In this document: in pieces, positions 33,671 through 46,690 of the stretch
Numbering within the stretch: the stretch's first letter is position 1
Layout of the letters: the number at the start of each line of letters is the position of its first letter
Source of the DNA: Nemertoderma westbladi
Lineage: Eukaryota; Animalia; Xenacoelomorpha
Reading direction: 5' to 3'
Assembly: GCA_032718475.1 (NCBI GenBank)
Contig: JAUCBJ010007659.1
Coordinates: 1 to 64,000 of the forward strand
DNA: 64,000 bases
Translations under genes and position numbers: made by a program
Notes under the pieces: generated by a model
Seen by the model: the letters and a program-made list of their open reading frames with translations, nothing else
Databases searched by the model: none
Told to the model about the DNA's origin: nothing

Positions 33671-36600
33671 ACAGGCATTCCTTTAGGAAACATAGTGGAA
33701 GGCTTTACTGTGGAGGATTACCAATGGTGGTAAACAGGCATTCCTTTAGGAAACATAGTGGAAGGGTTTACTGTGGAGGATCACCCATGGTGGTGAACAG
33801 GCATTCCTTTAGGAATCAGAGTGGAAGGGTTTACTGTGGAAGATCACCCATGGTGGTGAACAGGAATTCCTTTAGGAAACAGAGTGGAAGGGTTTACTGT
33901 GGAAGATCACCCATGGTGGTGAATAGGCATTCCTTTAGGAATCAGAGTAGAATGGTTTAATGTGGAAGATCACCCATGGTGGTGAACAGGCATTCCTTTA
34001 GGAAACATAGTGGAAGGGTTTACTGTGGAGGATCACACATGGTGGTGAACAGGCATTCCTTTGAGAAACAGAGTGTAAGGGTTTAATGTGGAAGATCACC
34101 AATGGTGGTGAACAGGCATTCCCATAGGAAACATAGTGGAATGGTTTAATGTGGAAGATCACCCATGGTGGTCAACAGGCCTTCCTTTGGGAATCAGAGT
34201 GGAAGGGTTTACTGTGAAGGATTACCCATGGTGGTGAACAGGCATTCCTTTAGGAAACAGAGTGGAAGGGTTTACTGTAGAAGATCACCCATGGTGGTCA
34301 ACAGGCCTTCCTTTGGGAATTAGAGTGGAAGGGTTTACTGTGAAGGATTTCCCATGGTGGTGAGCAGACATTCCTTTTGGAAACAGAGTGGAAGGGTTTA
34401 CTGTGGAAGATCACCCATGGTGGTGAACAGACATTCCTTTTGGAAACAGAGTGGAAGGGTTTACTGTGGAAGAACACCCATGTTGGTGAACAGGCATTCC
34501 TTTAGGAAACAGAGTGGAAGGGTTTACTGTGGAAGAACACCCATGTTGGTGAACAGGCATTCCTTTAGGAAACAGAGTGGAAGGGTTTACTGTAGAAGAT
34601 CACCCATGGTGGTAAACAGGCATTCCTTTAGGAAACAGAGTGGAATGGTTTAATGTGGAAGATCACCCATGGTGGTGAACAGGCATTCCTTTAGGAAACA
34701 GAGTGGAAGGGTTTACTGTGAAGGATTGCCCATGGTGGTGAACAGACATTCCTTTTGGAAACATAGTGGAAGGGTTTACTGTGGAGGATCACCCATGGTG
34801 GTGAACAGGCATTCCTTTTGGAAACAGAGTGGAAGGGTTTACTGTGGAGGATCACCCATGGTGGTGAACAGGCATTCCTTTTGGAAACAGAGTGGAAGGG
34901 TTTACTGTGGAGGATCACCCATGGTGGTGAACAGGCATTCCTTTTGGAAACAGAGTGGAATGGCTTAATGTGGAAGATCACCCATGGTGGTGAACAGGCA
35001 TTCCTTTAGGAAACAGAGTGGAAGGGTTTACTGTGGAGGATCACCCATGGTGGTGAACAGGCATTCCTTTAGGAAACAGAGTGGAAGGGTTTACTGTGGA
35101 GGATCACCCATGGTGGTGAACAGGCATTCCTTTAGGAAACAGAGTGGAAGGGTTTACTGTGAAGGATTGCCCATGGTGGTGAACAGACATTCCTTTTGGA
35201 AACATAGTGGAAGGGTTTACTGTGGAGGATCACCCATGGTGGTGAACAGGCATTCCTTTAGGAAACAGAGTGGAAGGGTTTACTGTGGAAGATCACCCAT
35301 GGAGGTGAACAGGCATTCCTTTAGGAAACAGAGTGGAAGGGTTTACTGTGAAGGATTGCCCATGGTGGTGAACAGACATTCCTTTTGGAAACATAGTGGA
35401 AGGGTTTACTGTGGAGGATCACCCATGGTGGTGAACAGGCATTCCTTTTGGAAACAGAGTGGAATGGTTTACTGTGGAAGATCACCCATGGAGGTGAACA
35501 GGCATTCCTTTAGGAAACAGAGTGGAAGGGTTTACTGTGGAGGATCACCCATGGTGGTGAACAGGCATTCCTTTTGGAAACAGAGTGGAATGGCTTAATG
35601 TGGAAGATCACCCATGGTGGTGAACAGGCATTCCTTTAGGAAACAGAGTGGAAGGGTTTACTGTGGAGGATCACCCATGGTGGTGAACAGGCATTCCTTT
35701 AGGAAACAGAGTGGAAGGGTTTACTGTGGAGGATCACCCATGGTGGTGAACAGGCATTCCTTTTGGAAACAGAGTGGAATGGCTTAATGTGGAAGATCAC
35801 CCATGGTGCTGAACAGGCATTCCTTTAGGAAACAGAGTGGAAGGGTTTACTGTGAAGGATTGCCCATGGTGGTGAACAGACATTCCTTTTGGAAACATAG
35901 TGGAAGGGTTTACTGTGGAGGATCACCCATGGTGGTGAACAGGCATTCCTTTTGGAAACAGAGTGGAATGGCTTAATGTGGAAGATCACCCATGGTGGTG
36001 AACAGGCATTCCTTTAGGAAACAGAGTGGAAGGGTTTACTGTGAAGGATTGCCCATGGTGGTGAACAGACATTCCTTTTGGAAACATAGTGGAAGGGTTT
36101 ACTGTGGAGGATCACCCATGGTGGTGAACAGGCATTCCTTTAGGAAACAGAGTGGAAGGGTTTACTGTGAAGGATTGCCCATGGTGGTGAACAGACATTC
36201 CTTTTGGAAACATAGTGGAAGGGTTTACTGTGGAGGATCACCCATGGTGGTGAACAGGCATTCCTTTTGGAAACAGAGTGGAATGGCTTAATGTGGAAGA
36301 TCACCCATGGTGGTGAACAGGCATTCCTTTAGGAAACAGAGTGGAAGGGTTTACTGTGAAGGATTGCCCATGGTGGTGAACAGACATTCCTTTTGGAAAC
36401 ATAGTGGAAGGGTTTACTGTGGAGGATCACCCATGGTGGTGAACAGGCATTCCTTTTGGAAACATAGTGGAATGGCTTAATGTAGAAGATCACCCATGGT
36501 GGTGAACAGGCATTCCTTTAGGAAACAGAGTGGAAGGGTTTACTGTGAAGGATTGCCCATGGTGGTGAACAGACATTCCTTTTGGAAACATAGTGGAAGG

Positions 36601-37126
36601 GTTTACTGTGGAAGATCACCCATGGAGGTGAACAGGCATTCCTTTAGGAAACAGAGTGGAAGGGTTTACTGTGGAGGATCACCCATGGAGGTGAACAGGC
36701 ATTCCTTTAGGAAACAGAGTGGAAGGGTTTACTGTGGAGGATCACCCATGGTGGTGAACAGGCATTCCTTTTGGAAACAGAGTGGAATGGCTTAATGTGG
36801 AAGATCACCCATGGTGGTGAACAGGCATTCCTTTAGGAAACAGAGTGGAAGGGTTTACTGTGAAGGATTGCCCATGGTGGTGAACAGACATTCCTTTTGG
36901 AAACATAGTGGAAGGGTTTACTGTGGAGGATCACCCATGGTGGTGAACAGGCATTCCTTTTGGAAACAGAGTGGAATGGTTTACTGTGGAAGATCACCCA
37001 TGGAGGTGAACAGGCATTCCTTTAGGAAACAGAGTGGAAGGGTTTACTGTGGAGGATCACCCATGGTGGTGAACAGGCATTCCTTTTGGAAACAGAGTGG
37101 AATGGCTTAATGTGGAAGATCACCCT
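33671..37126 (+). repeat. Second array of the 63-bp satellite (about 55 units)
   Basis: Same consensus and orientation, with array-specific variants (TGTGAAGGATTGCCC, ATGGCTTAATG). Confidence 0.95.
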
Positions 37127-37476
37127 TGACGGCGTACTGGCACTCCCTAGCACACTGAGCCTAAATGTTACTATTTTAATCAACTCGATTTGTTTTAACG
37201 TATTTTTGCACTAGACCTTTGTACATATTATTCGAATTTTACCTATGCCAATATACATGCAGTTTAATTATTAATGATTTTAAAATACTCTATTTATAAC
37301 ATATTGTTTTTATTTATAACATTTGTAGGCCTACTTAGGCAATTCAATGTATGTAATGTGTCTCGTAATTTAACTACAGTATATGGATACAGACTCTTAT
37401 AACACTAATAAACAATACCAATACTAACGCTACTCCCATTCAAAATTCATATTTGTCACAGTGGGAGTAAGTTACC

Positions 37477-37568
37477 AGGGGCGATATGTTCCCAAGGGGC
37501 GATAAAGGACCATTTGAGGGGCGATAAGTTCCCAGGGGGCGATAAGGGCGCAAGGGGCGATAAGGCCC
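37477..37568 (+). repeat. GGGGCGATAAG motif cluster (5 copies)
   Basis: Direct repeats visible in the sequence; probably a transposon end. Confidence 0.55.
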
Positions 37569-38539
37569 TACAATCCCCGGGTCTACCACCTTCTTAGTTG
37601 CCACGGTAACCATCACTCATTGACACACTGGGCCACCAAGAACATTTAATTCGTCCAATTCCTGACCTTCAATTTAATTATTTTATATTATTTATAAAGC
37701 AAACATTATTAATAGTATACTAGTACCATATTGTAATGTTTTATCACTAACTATAAACCAAACCTTCCCGCGTATTTTGTCCCATATCTCGAGAACTACA
37801 AGAGATCTCGAAAAACCGCTTAATTATTTGAAATCTCCAGTAAATTCGGTATCGAAAAAGTCAATAAAATTTTATGAAGGCGATAGGTCCCTTTCTATTT
37901 GCGACGGAATAAGTCATCATTTCCAATGCATGTTATTGGCTCCTGTTTGGAGTTATTCTTTCAAGTTATTGTTTAAAGGGCAAAGTTTACATACGGCGGG
38001 CGAATCGGCGCCTTAAAACATCATAGAATCAATTTAAATCAGAATATTATTATAGTTGTGTATCGCTTTGAGATAACAAATATAAAGGAAGCTTCCTCCA
38101 ATCTACCAATATCCGGCATTTCATTAAAACTGCTTATATGCAGTTTGTGCTTCTGGCAAACTGTATGCTTAGATTGTTTTACCCGCCATATAATTATTTT
38201 CTTACAAAGAAACATAATAATAACGAATTCTCGGAACTTCGTCATTCATCGATTTATTTTGTCATTGACCCCATAGCAGCATACACACACAACCACAACT
38301 AAATTATTCTTACTTTTCAAGTTGTTCTATTGTGAACATCAGGGTAGACACTCTGGTGGACTGGTAAGTTATTCACATGACTTACCAGTGCATCCAGCGG
38401 TGGAATGTTATCGCAATGAATTTTCTGCTGGTCCGAGTGCTTGTTTACTGTCTGAAGTTATTTTATACCGGTATTCTATTCACAAAGAGGTACAGTGGAT
38501 ACATCCTTCTCTAAGTGAGCTTTTGTCCTCAAGTTAATC

Positions 38540-38760
38540 TTGTTCCAGATGAGAAAATCTCAACTAGTTTCGAATCAGGAGAGAATCTTTATAAATTTTC
38601 AGTTACCTCATTTGGCGTTACAAATGGTGTTCCAAAATTTCAAATAGAAATGTTAATTAGTTGATTGAAGAAAATAACCTCTAATGCCAACTTAGATTAC
38701 ATCACTGTAGGTGGTCATCACAAGAGGAGCAAGAACATTTTTTAGCGAGTTACAAGAAGT
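38540..38760 (+). pseudogene. Degenerate Ty3/Gypsy-like RT remnant
   Basis: Translates as DEKISTSFESGENLYKFSVTSFGVTNGVPKFQ, resembling KTAF...LY.F..MPFG..N....FQ. Frameshifts and stops surround it. Confidence 0.5.
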
Positions 38761-38911
38761 TCTAACGAGAGTTATTGTTCACGGTTTTCACGCCATTATT
38801 TGTTCAACAGAAAAAGTTTTTAGTATTTTGATCTTTCAAATTTACTTTGATATGTACATTGATAGATGGAAAGAAATAATTAGGTTTAAATTCCCCACCA
38901 GCTACATGAAA

Positions 38912-39089
38912 GCGGGGTAGCCCAGTTGGTTGAGGGCCGGGCCTGCAATCTATTGGTTGTAGGTTCGAGCCCCGCCAGGCTCCGCAGTCATCCTTTAATC
39001 TAATGGGGTCGACCCGCAGTCAGCCGGGTCGATCTAACGGGGTCGATAAAATGAAGACCAGTTGAATTACTCGGAGCAAAACTTGGTAT
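38912..39089 (+). mobile_element. tRNA-derived SINE head preceding the 36-bp satellite
   Basis: A-box TAGCCCAGTTGG at 38918, B-box GGTTCGAGCCC at 38962, core GGGGTCGATAAAATGAAGACCAG at 39039. Confidence 0.7.
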
Positions 39090-41904
39090 ATGAGTAGCGC
39101 CCACCCCTACCTTCGGGTAGCAGATAGGAGTAGCGCCCACCCCTACCTTCGGGTAGCAGATAGGAGTAGCGCCCACCCACCCCTACCTTCGGGTAGCAGA
39201 TAGGAGTAGCGCCCACCCCTACCTTCGGGTAGCAGATAGGAGTAGCGCCCACCCCTACCTTCGGGTAGCAGATAGGAGTAGCGCCCACCCACCCCTACCT
39301 TCGGGTAGCAGATAGGAGTAGCGCCCACCCCTACCTTCGGGTAGCAGATAGGAGTAGCGCCCAACCCCTACCTTCGGGTAGCTGATAGGAGTAGCGTCAA
39401 CCCCTACCTTCGGGTAGCAGATAGGAGTAGCGCCAACCCCTACCTTCGGGTAGCAGATAGGAGTAGCGCCCACCCACCCCTACCTTCGGGTAGCAGATAG
39501 GAGTAGCGCCCACCCCTACCTTCGGGTAGCAGATAGGAGTAGCGTCAACCCCTACCTTCGGGTAGCAGATATGAGTAGCGCTCACCCCTACCTTCGGGTA
39601 GCAGATAGGAGTAGCGCCCACCCACCCCTACCTTCGGGTAGCAGATAGGAGTAGCGCCCACCCCTACCTTCGGGTAGCAGATAGGAGTAGCGCCCAACCC
39701 CTACCTTCGGGTAGCAGGTAGGAGTAGCGCCCACCCACCCCTACCTTCGGGTAGCAGATAGGAGTAGCGCCCACCCCTACCTTCGGGTAGCAGATAGGAG
39801 TAGCGCCCAACCCCTACCTTCGGGTAGCTGATAGGAGTAGCGCCCACCCCTACCTTCGGGTAGCAGATAGGAGTAGCGCCCACCCCTACCTTCGGGTAGC
39901 AGATAGGAGTAGCGCCCCACCCCTACCTTCGGGTAGCAGATAGGAGTAGCGCCCACCCCTACCTTCGGGTAGCAGATAGGAGTAGCGCCCACCCCTACCT
40001 TCGGGTAGCAGATAGGAGTAGCGCCCACCCCTACCTTCGGGTAGCAGATAGGAGTAGCGCCCACCCCTACCTTCGGGTAGCAGATAGGAGTAGCGCCCAC
40101 CCCTACCTTCGGGTAGCAGATAGGAGTAGCGCCCACCCCTACCCTCGGGTAGCAGATAGGAGTAGCGCCCACCCCTACCTTCGGGTAGCAGATAGGAGTA
40201 GCGCCCACCCCTACCTTCGGGTAGCAGATAGGAGTAGCGCCCACCCCTACCTTCGGGTAGCAGATAGGAGTAGCGCCCACCCCTACCTTCGGGTAGCAGA
40301 TAGGAGTAGCGTCCACCCCTACCTTCGGGTAGCAGATAGGAGTAGCGCCCACCCCTACCTTCGGGTAGCAGATAGGAGTAGCGCCCACCCCTACCTTCGG
40401 GTAGCAGATAGGAGTAGCGCCCACCCCTACCTTCGGGTAGCAGATAGGAGTAGCGCCCACCCCTACCTTCGGGTAGCAGATAGGAGTAGCGCCCACCCCT
40501 ACCTTCGGGTAGCAGATAGGAGTAGCGCCCACCCCTACCTTCGGGTAGCAGATAGGAGTAGCGCCCACCCCTACCTTCGGGTAGCAGATAGGAGTAGCGC
40601 CCACCCCTACCTTCGGGTAGCAGATAGGAGTAGCGCCCACCCCTACCTTCGGGTAGCAGATAGGAGTAGCGCCCACCCCTACCTTCGGGTAGCAGATAGG
40701 AGTAGCGTCCACCCCTACCTTCGGGTAGCAGATAGGAGTAGCGCCCACCCCTACCTTCGGGTAGCAGATAGGAGTAGCGCCCACCCCTACCTTCGGGTAG
40801 CAGATAGGAGTAGCGCCCACCCCTACCTTCGGGTAGCAGATAGGAGTAGCGTCCACCCCTACCTTCGGGTAGCAGATAGGAGTAGCGCCCACCCCTACCT
40901 TCGGGTAGCAGATAGGAGTAGCGCCCACCCCTACCTTCGGGTAGCAGATAGGAGTAGCGCCCACCCCTACCTTCGGGTAGCAGATAGGAGTAGCGCTCCA
41001 CCCCTACCTTCGGGTAGCAGATAGGAGTAGCGCTCACCCCTACCTTCGGGTAGCAGATAGGAGTAGCGCCACCCCTACCTTCGGGTAGCAGATAGGAGTA
41101 GCGTCCACCCCTACCTTCGGGTAGCAGATAGGAGTAGCGTCCACCCTACCTTCGGGTAGCAGATGGAGTAGCGCCCAACCCTACCTTCGGGTAGCAGATA
41201 GTGAGTAGCGTCACACCCCTACCTTCGGGTAGCAGATAGGAGTAGCGCCCACCCCTACCTTCGGGTAGCAGATAGGAGTAGCGCCCACCCCTACCTTCGG
41301 GTAGCAGATAGGAGTAGCGTCCACCCCTACCTTCGGGTAGCAGATAGGAGTAGCGCCCACCCCTACCTTCGGGTAGCAGATAGGAGTAGCGCCCACCCCT
41401 ACCTTCGGGTAGCAGATAGGAGTAGCGCCCACCCCTACCTTCGGGTAGCAGATAGGAGTAGCGTCCACCCCTACCTTCGGGTAGCAGATAGGAGTAGCGC
41501 CCACCCCTACCTTCGGGTAGCAGATAGGAGTAGCGCCCACCCCTACCTTCGGGTAGCAGATAGGAGTAGCGCCCACCCCTACCTTCGGGTAGCAGATAGG
41601 AGTAGCGTCCACCCCTACCTTCGGGTAGCAGATAGGAGTAGCGCCCACCCCTACCTTCGGGTAGCAGATAGGAGTAGCGCCCACCCCTACCTTCGGGTAG
41701 CAGATAGGAGTAGCGCCCACCCCTACCTTCGGGTAGCAGATAGGAGTAGCGCTCACCCCTACCTTCGGGTAGCAGATAGGAGTAGCGCTCACCCCTACCT
41801 TCGGGTAGCAGATATGAGTAGCGCTCACCCCTACCTTCGGGTAGCAGATATGAGTAGCGTCAACCCCTACCTTCGGGTAGCAGATAGGAGTAGCGTCAAC
41901 CCCT
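39090..41904 (+). repeat. 36-bp satellite (about 78 units) with a CTACC-TTCG-GGTAG hairpin
   Basis: Unit ACCCCTACCTTCGGGTAGCAGATAGGAGTAGCGCCC, followed by a CTTACTTTACTTTT tail. Confidence 0.96.
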
Positions 41905-41944
41905 TGCTTACTTTACTTTTAGTAATTGTTTGTCGGTGACACCT

Positions 41945-42170
41945 GAGGCCGAGGTCTCAAAGCTCCTGAGCTCTCGAGCAAACGAAGAGCCGTCGATGTC
42001 CAACGGCTCGGGCGCTCGGGTGCCCAGGGCTCGTGTGCCCGATCCCCAAGTGCCCGATCCCGAGTCTCGAGTGCCGACTTTGGAGACCCTCTCCAAACCA
42101 TCGGGTACCCGAGATCCCGAGCGAAAATCGAGGTCGCGAGCATGTTCGAGAGCTTCGAGACCTCCGCTCC
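41945..42170. repeat. GC/CpG-rich foldback segment upstream of the first GPCR coding exon
   Basis: GAGGTCTCAAAGCTC / GAGCTTCGAGACCTC inverted arms, with internal TGCCCGATCCC repeats. Confidence 0.45.
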
Positions 42171-42442
42171 AGATGTATAACTTTAAATGTAATTGCATCC
42201 AACTTCTTGGGCTCAGTTGTTTTTTAGTTTGTGGTACTTCTATATACACATTGTTATTTTTTCATATAATAAAAATAATAATAACAATTATCATATATTT
42301 TATACTGTTTCAATTGTAGTTTGACATAGGCCTATGGCCTATATAAATAGTGAATTATAGTTTAAATTTTAAAATTTTAATTCTAGTAAAAGCAACAATA
42401 TTTAAGGATTTAGGTCATTTTTCGAAACTTTTGGAGACAAAA

Positions 42443-42657
42443 ATGGGCAATGAAAGCAATTTAAATGAACTGCCAATAATTCCTGATTTCAATGGATTAC
42501 CTGAAAAATACCCAAATGGAACTTCAGACAAAGAAATAATGAATGATTTCTTCATCAAAATATTCATTTTTCTACTAATATCAGCATCAATTGGAGTTGT
42601 TGGAAATGGTGTTGTTGTGACAACATTTCTCAAAAAGAAACTTAAGAAAACTCCAAG
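42443..42657 (+). CDS. Class A (rhodopsin-like) GPCR, first coding exon (N-terminus and TM1)
   Basis: MGNESNL... with N-glycosylation sequons, a hydrophobic TM1 with GVVGNGVV (GN motif) and a basic ICL1. Ends AG|GTAAGT (phase 2). Confidence 0.85.
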
Positions 42658-43149
42658 GTAAGTGTTCAATATAATAATAATGGTACTGTAAATGTACCTG
42701 TATGTATCTGGCATTCTTTGATCGTATCTAAAGATTTAATTCACATTATGTAATATTTGAGAATATGAAGATGCCCCGCATGCAAAAATACTGATCCAGA
42801 TCACCCATTTGTTAAGCAAACACCCATAGAGTGCAGCAAGATCAACACTTAAATGCAATTGCAAGTTAGATAGCAGATGAGGATGAGGTCTGATATTAAA
42901 CTCCTTATCCTGTTATCCGAAACCAGGTAGCAGTAATTTTCAACATTGGCTTCAATATTGACGATCTGTCCGTGCTCGACAATTTGAATGGGCACGATGA
43001 CGCGATGTTTTCGGAGCTACAGCCTCAGAAATCTTAGGATATCTATCTGAAAGCGTGGGCACCATTAAACATCGTAAACAATGATAACGCTGGTGATTTT
43101 TTTTTAAATAAAACAATATATTTGATATAAAAACGTAACGGAAAACACT

Positions 43150-43330
43150 ATTTTCCACTCATTTTCTTTAGCAAAATTTAGTTACTCTGCCCTCGTGTGT
43201 TGAGTTTTCGACTCGTTGGCATTTTAACACTCTCTTCGCTCGTGCTAAAAACCTACCAACTCGTGTAAAACTCTACCACTCGGACAGTATATGACTTTCA
43301 TTTCGCTAAATTGAAAATGAGTGAAAAAAG
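43150..43330. repeat. Imperfect palindromic (MITE-like) element
   Basis: CACTCATTTTC..TTTAGC / GCTAAA..GAAAATGAGTG outer arms with further inner symmetry. Confidence 0.45.
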
Positions 43331-44664
43331 CTTCCGCTTTCTTTTTTATTTATCGAATAATAGTCCTATTTCTAATGTTCAATTGTCAGTCAATTGTAAA
43401 TTGATCAATTTCCTATCCTTCTTTGCAGATAGCCGATCCATCTTAGTGTGCTGTCAGAAAGAAAAAACGTAAAAAATAGATAGATAGATAGATACAGCAG
43501 CGGACTAAACAACTTAAAACTCATAAACACAATTATTACTTATTTTCATCAATGCCTAGAATGTTTATATATTAACAAAGATGAACCATTTTGTTCTTAC
43601 AGGAATTTTTATATAAACGTAGCAACGTAGGTCTACATCAACTCAGTTAATAGATGACGGATACATAAAAAAAACATTACTTTAAACTAGCAATGAGTGT
43701 CTGTCATTCTGTAATATAATATTTCGTCATAAGCACTTCGTCAATATTAGGCAGTCATACAATATCAGGCAGTCCATCCTGCCACCATGCAATCTGCTGG
43801 TGAATCACCTTTGACCTTAACACCTCTTTCTTTCATGATTATATGCCAGGCTTGAGCAGATTTTATATTATTAATTTTGCATACTTCCTGGCATCCTCGC
43901 TTTTGGCGTGTTTGTACATCGGGGTGGGATTTACTTTATATGGGTATCAATAAGTTTCTCCATTTGGTACATAATGAATTGATCTGCCGGGATTAAATTT
44001 GGACTCAACTGGGATTATATTTATCCTTCGGAGGTTTAAGGTGGACTGTTAATGTTGAGGTAGGCACGATTGGTAGCCTTTTATCTTTTGGATGTAGAGA
44101 CACGAGATAGTATGATTGATATATTATGAAATATGGTTCCCATGTGAACTCCTGTATCCCGATGTTGTATGTAGACATAGACAGTGACATATATTTGCGA
44201 TTCCAAATTGTCAAAAAAAAAGCAGTGAGTAAAATTGAGCAGTGTAAAATAGATACAACGTGTCAAAAGATGTCAAAAAATAATTCGGTTAAGGATTGGG
44301 TTTCAATGTCGGTGTTTTCTAACAAAAACAATAAACAAAACAATACGCGACAAAAATGAAAATATTATTATAGTTAAAGTAAAGTTACAAAATATTGCAT
44401 GAATTATACTGTAGTTCCTTTTCTTCTATGATGGGTTTATAACTTTATAATTATAGCATATAATTAAAAATTATAAGTGATGCCATCAGCATAATATGAC
44501 AAAGTTGACATAAACTGTACGTTAAGTTTCGAATTGGTGTAGTACTGTAGTGGTAAAACCTGTGGCCTTTAATTGACTTCTGAGTTCAGGTAGTGGGTTA
44601 GAGGGATAGTTTTCGTTTCGGCACGAATGCGACTAGCCTTTGCACATCTGCCTTACATTTCACC

Positions 44665-45188
44665 GTATATGTCAGAGAGACCGATTGATTTCCTCGGCAC
44701 ATCAATTCGTCATTTCTTAACTCATCGAAAGTATTTCAGCGATTCCTTAAAGTACCTTGTTAATTAGTTGTAATTAATTTAGTTATTTCCAGTAACTCCT
44801 GAGGAAAACTTTACTTTATTTACTTGACTTCATATTAATTATTTTACTTACATAAAATGTAAATTATTCCATTTCTATTTCTACTGCACATTCAAACCTG
44901 GAAGGATGATTTCCAAGTGGCAAGCCCTTGGGTTTTCAGATAACCCTAATTGAATGTGTCAATTTCTCTGATACAATTTGTAATTTGACTCTTCCCGACT
45001 TGTAATTGAATCCTAAATGGAATGTCATAAAATTTTCTCGTCAGCATTCCGAACAATTTCAACATTTCAACCATTAATTACTACTAACTAACAAGGTACT
45101 TTAAAGGAATCGCTACTGTAATACTTTCGATGAGTTAAAAAATTACGAAATGACGCTGAAGAAATCAATCGGTCTCTCTGACTTATAC
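44665..45188. mobile_element. MITE-like element with ~95-bp imperfect terminal inverted repeats
   Basis: GTCAGAGAGACCGATTGATTTC...TAACTCATCGAAAGTATT...AAAGTACCTTGTT is mirrored by AACAAGGTACTTT...AATACTTTCGATGAGTTA...GAAATCAATCGGTCTCTCTGAC. Confidence 0.75.
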
Positions 45189-46324
45189 TTCTTCTCATAC
45201 TTCTGACTTATTCTATCATGTGTCGAATTTAATTGAGATTACCAATCTGCAAGCAGTTTTCTCACATCTTTTCTCAAACTCTAGTTATTACCCAAAACGT
45301 AAGAGCTAGTCTGATCTTTGACAAGCCTTCGAGTAGCACTATTTTTTACAATTGTACGTGGCCCTTTTCATAAAAAAAGCTCTCACGGTACAGCTATGAA
45401 TAAAATTGCTAAAACGTTGTTTTACTAGTTATCTGTTTAGCAAGCATGAAAAATTTCGTTGAATTTCATTCATTTTTGACAATATTAATTTTGAACATAG
45501 AAAAATGGTATTATCTAAAATAGCGGGAAGGTTTGAATTGTCCCACAAGTTTTAAACACCCATATCTCAGAATGACGTTTTTTCATGAAAAAGGCTATTT
45601 CTCCGGCAATTTTAACTGAAATGAATTGGTACACTTGTTAAATTACCTTTCTCCATACTTCTTCTGAACAAATTTGATTGGAAATGCCGTGGAGCCTTTT
45701 TATTTCAAAAACGCCCAAAAAGCCCTTTTGGGGACTTTTTGTTCTAAAAAGGCTCCAGGGCATTTGAGGCAAAATTTATTCAGAAGAATTAGATGCAGTG
45801 TTCTATTGAACTTATATTCCAAATTTCGACAAATTTCAACAAATATTGGTGGAGAAATAGCCCTTGGCGTAAAAAGGCACTTTTGGCCATTACGGAGCCA
45901 TTTTGGGACCAATTTTAAAAATATTTGGTTTAGTTATTCTTACGCAGTTCAGACGATATTTAGTTGCTCAAAAATTAATTTTCACCCAATTTTAGGGCCC
46001 AGAGACATAAAAATGTGAAGTTCAATTTGGGGGCGCTACCCCCCCCCCCCCCCCCCCTAATCAGATGACGGCAGTCAGCTGATCGGTAGGTTTCGCGTCA
46101 CGAAGGAAGGCATTATCCGGAGGCCAAGCTAAGAGATGACATTTAGAGTGTCAAGTCCCAAATTGAGAAGGAATGAGAAATGAAACAAAGAGATACCAGT
46201 AACTATCCACTGGGAAGCAGCACGACAAACTTGAGCCAATAGACATTTTATTTAAATCGTTGGCGTCGCCATCGAAAATGGTTAAACTCTAATAAGTTGG
46301 CAAATAATGGATGTAAATAATAAT

Positions 46325-46690
46325 TAACTAGTATCGAGCGAACTCGGACAGTGGAAATGAGATCCTTCCAGGCTTCACGATTCTCCGCAATTTCCTTTCT
46401 CCCAAGTTCAGTATCCCTTTCAAGTTGATCTATATATGTTATGGCCGGTCGTCCACGACTACGCTTTCCATGAGTTGGTTGCCAGAAAAGTAGATCTGAT
46501 ATGACCTCGTCTTTACTTCGCCAGCAGTGGCCACTGAATCTTAATCTGCGTTCACGCAGGGTGGTTGATACAGGTGGTATTGTATCATAAAGCTCGGCGT
46601 TTGTCATGTGTTGTCTCTCCAGCTGATGTTAGATGCCCTTTTAGTAGTCTTGTGTTGCAACAATCAATTCGGTGTTCAAAGTGATTTCGT
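46325..46690 (-). mobile_element. RTE-like LINE 3' fragment
   Basis: TNAELY...RERRLRFSGHCWR...WQPTHGKRSRGRP...WK, typical of the RTE C-terminus. Confidence 0.8.

Noticed and set aside
3203-37110. Many RVYCGRSPMVVNRHSFRKQSG ORFs
   Set aside because: They are translations of the 63-bp satellite, with frequent frameshifts and stops.
38912-38985. Possible tRNA-Cys gene (also the tRNA-like segment at 2955-3025)
   Set aside because: A/B boxes are present but the cloverleaf stems do not pair properly, and a SINE-like body follows. Treated as SINE heads.
39067-41828. ORFs with GATPICYPKVGV / GGRYSYLLPEGR repeats
   Set aside because: They are translations of the 36-bp satellite.
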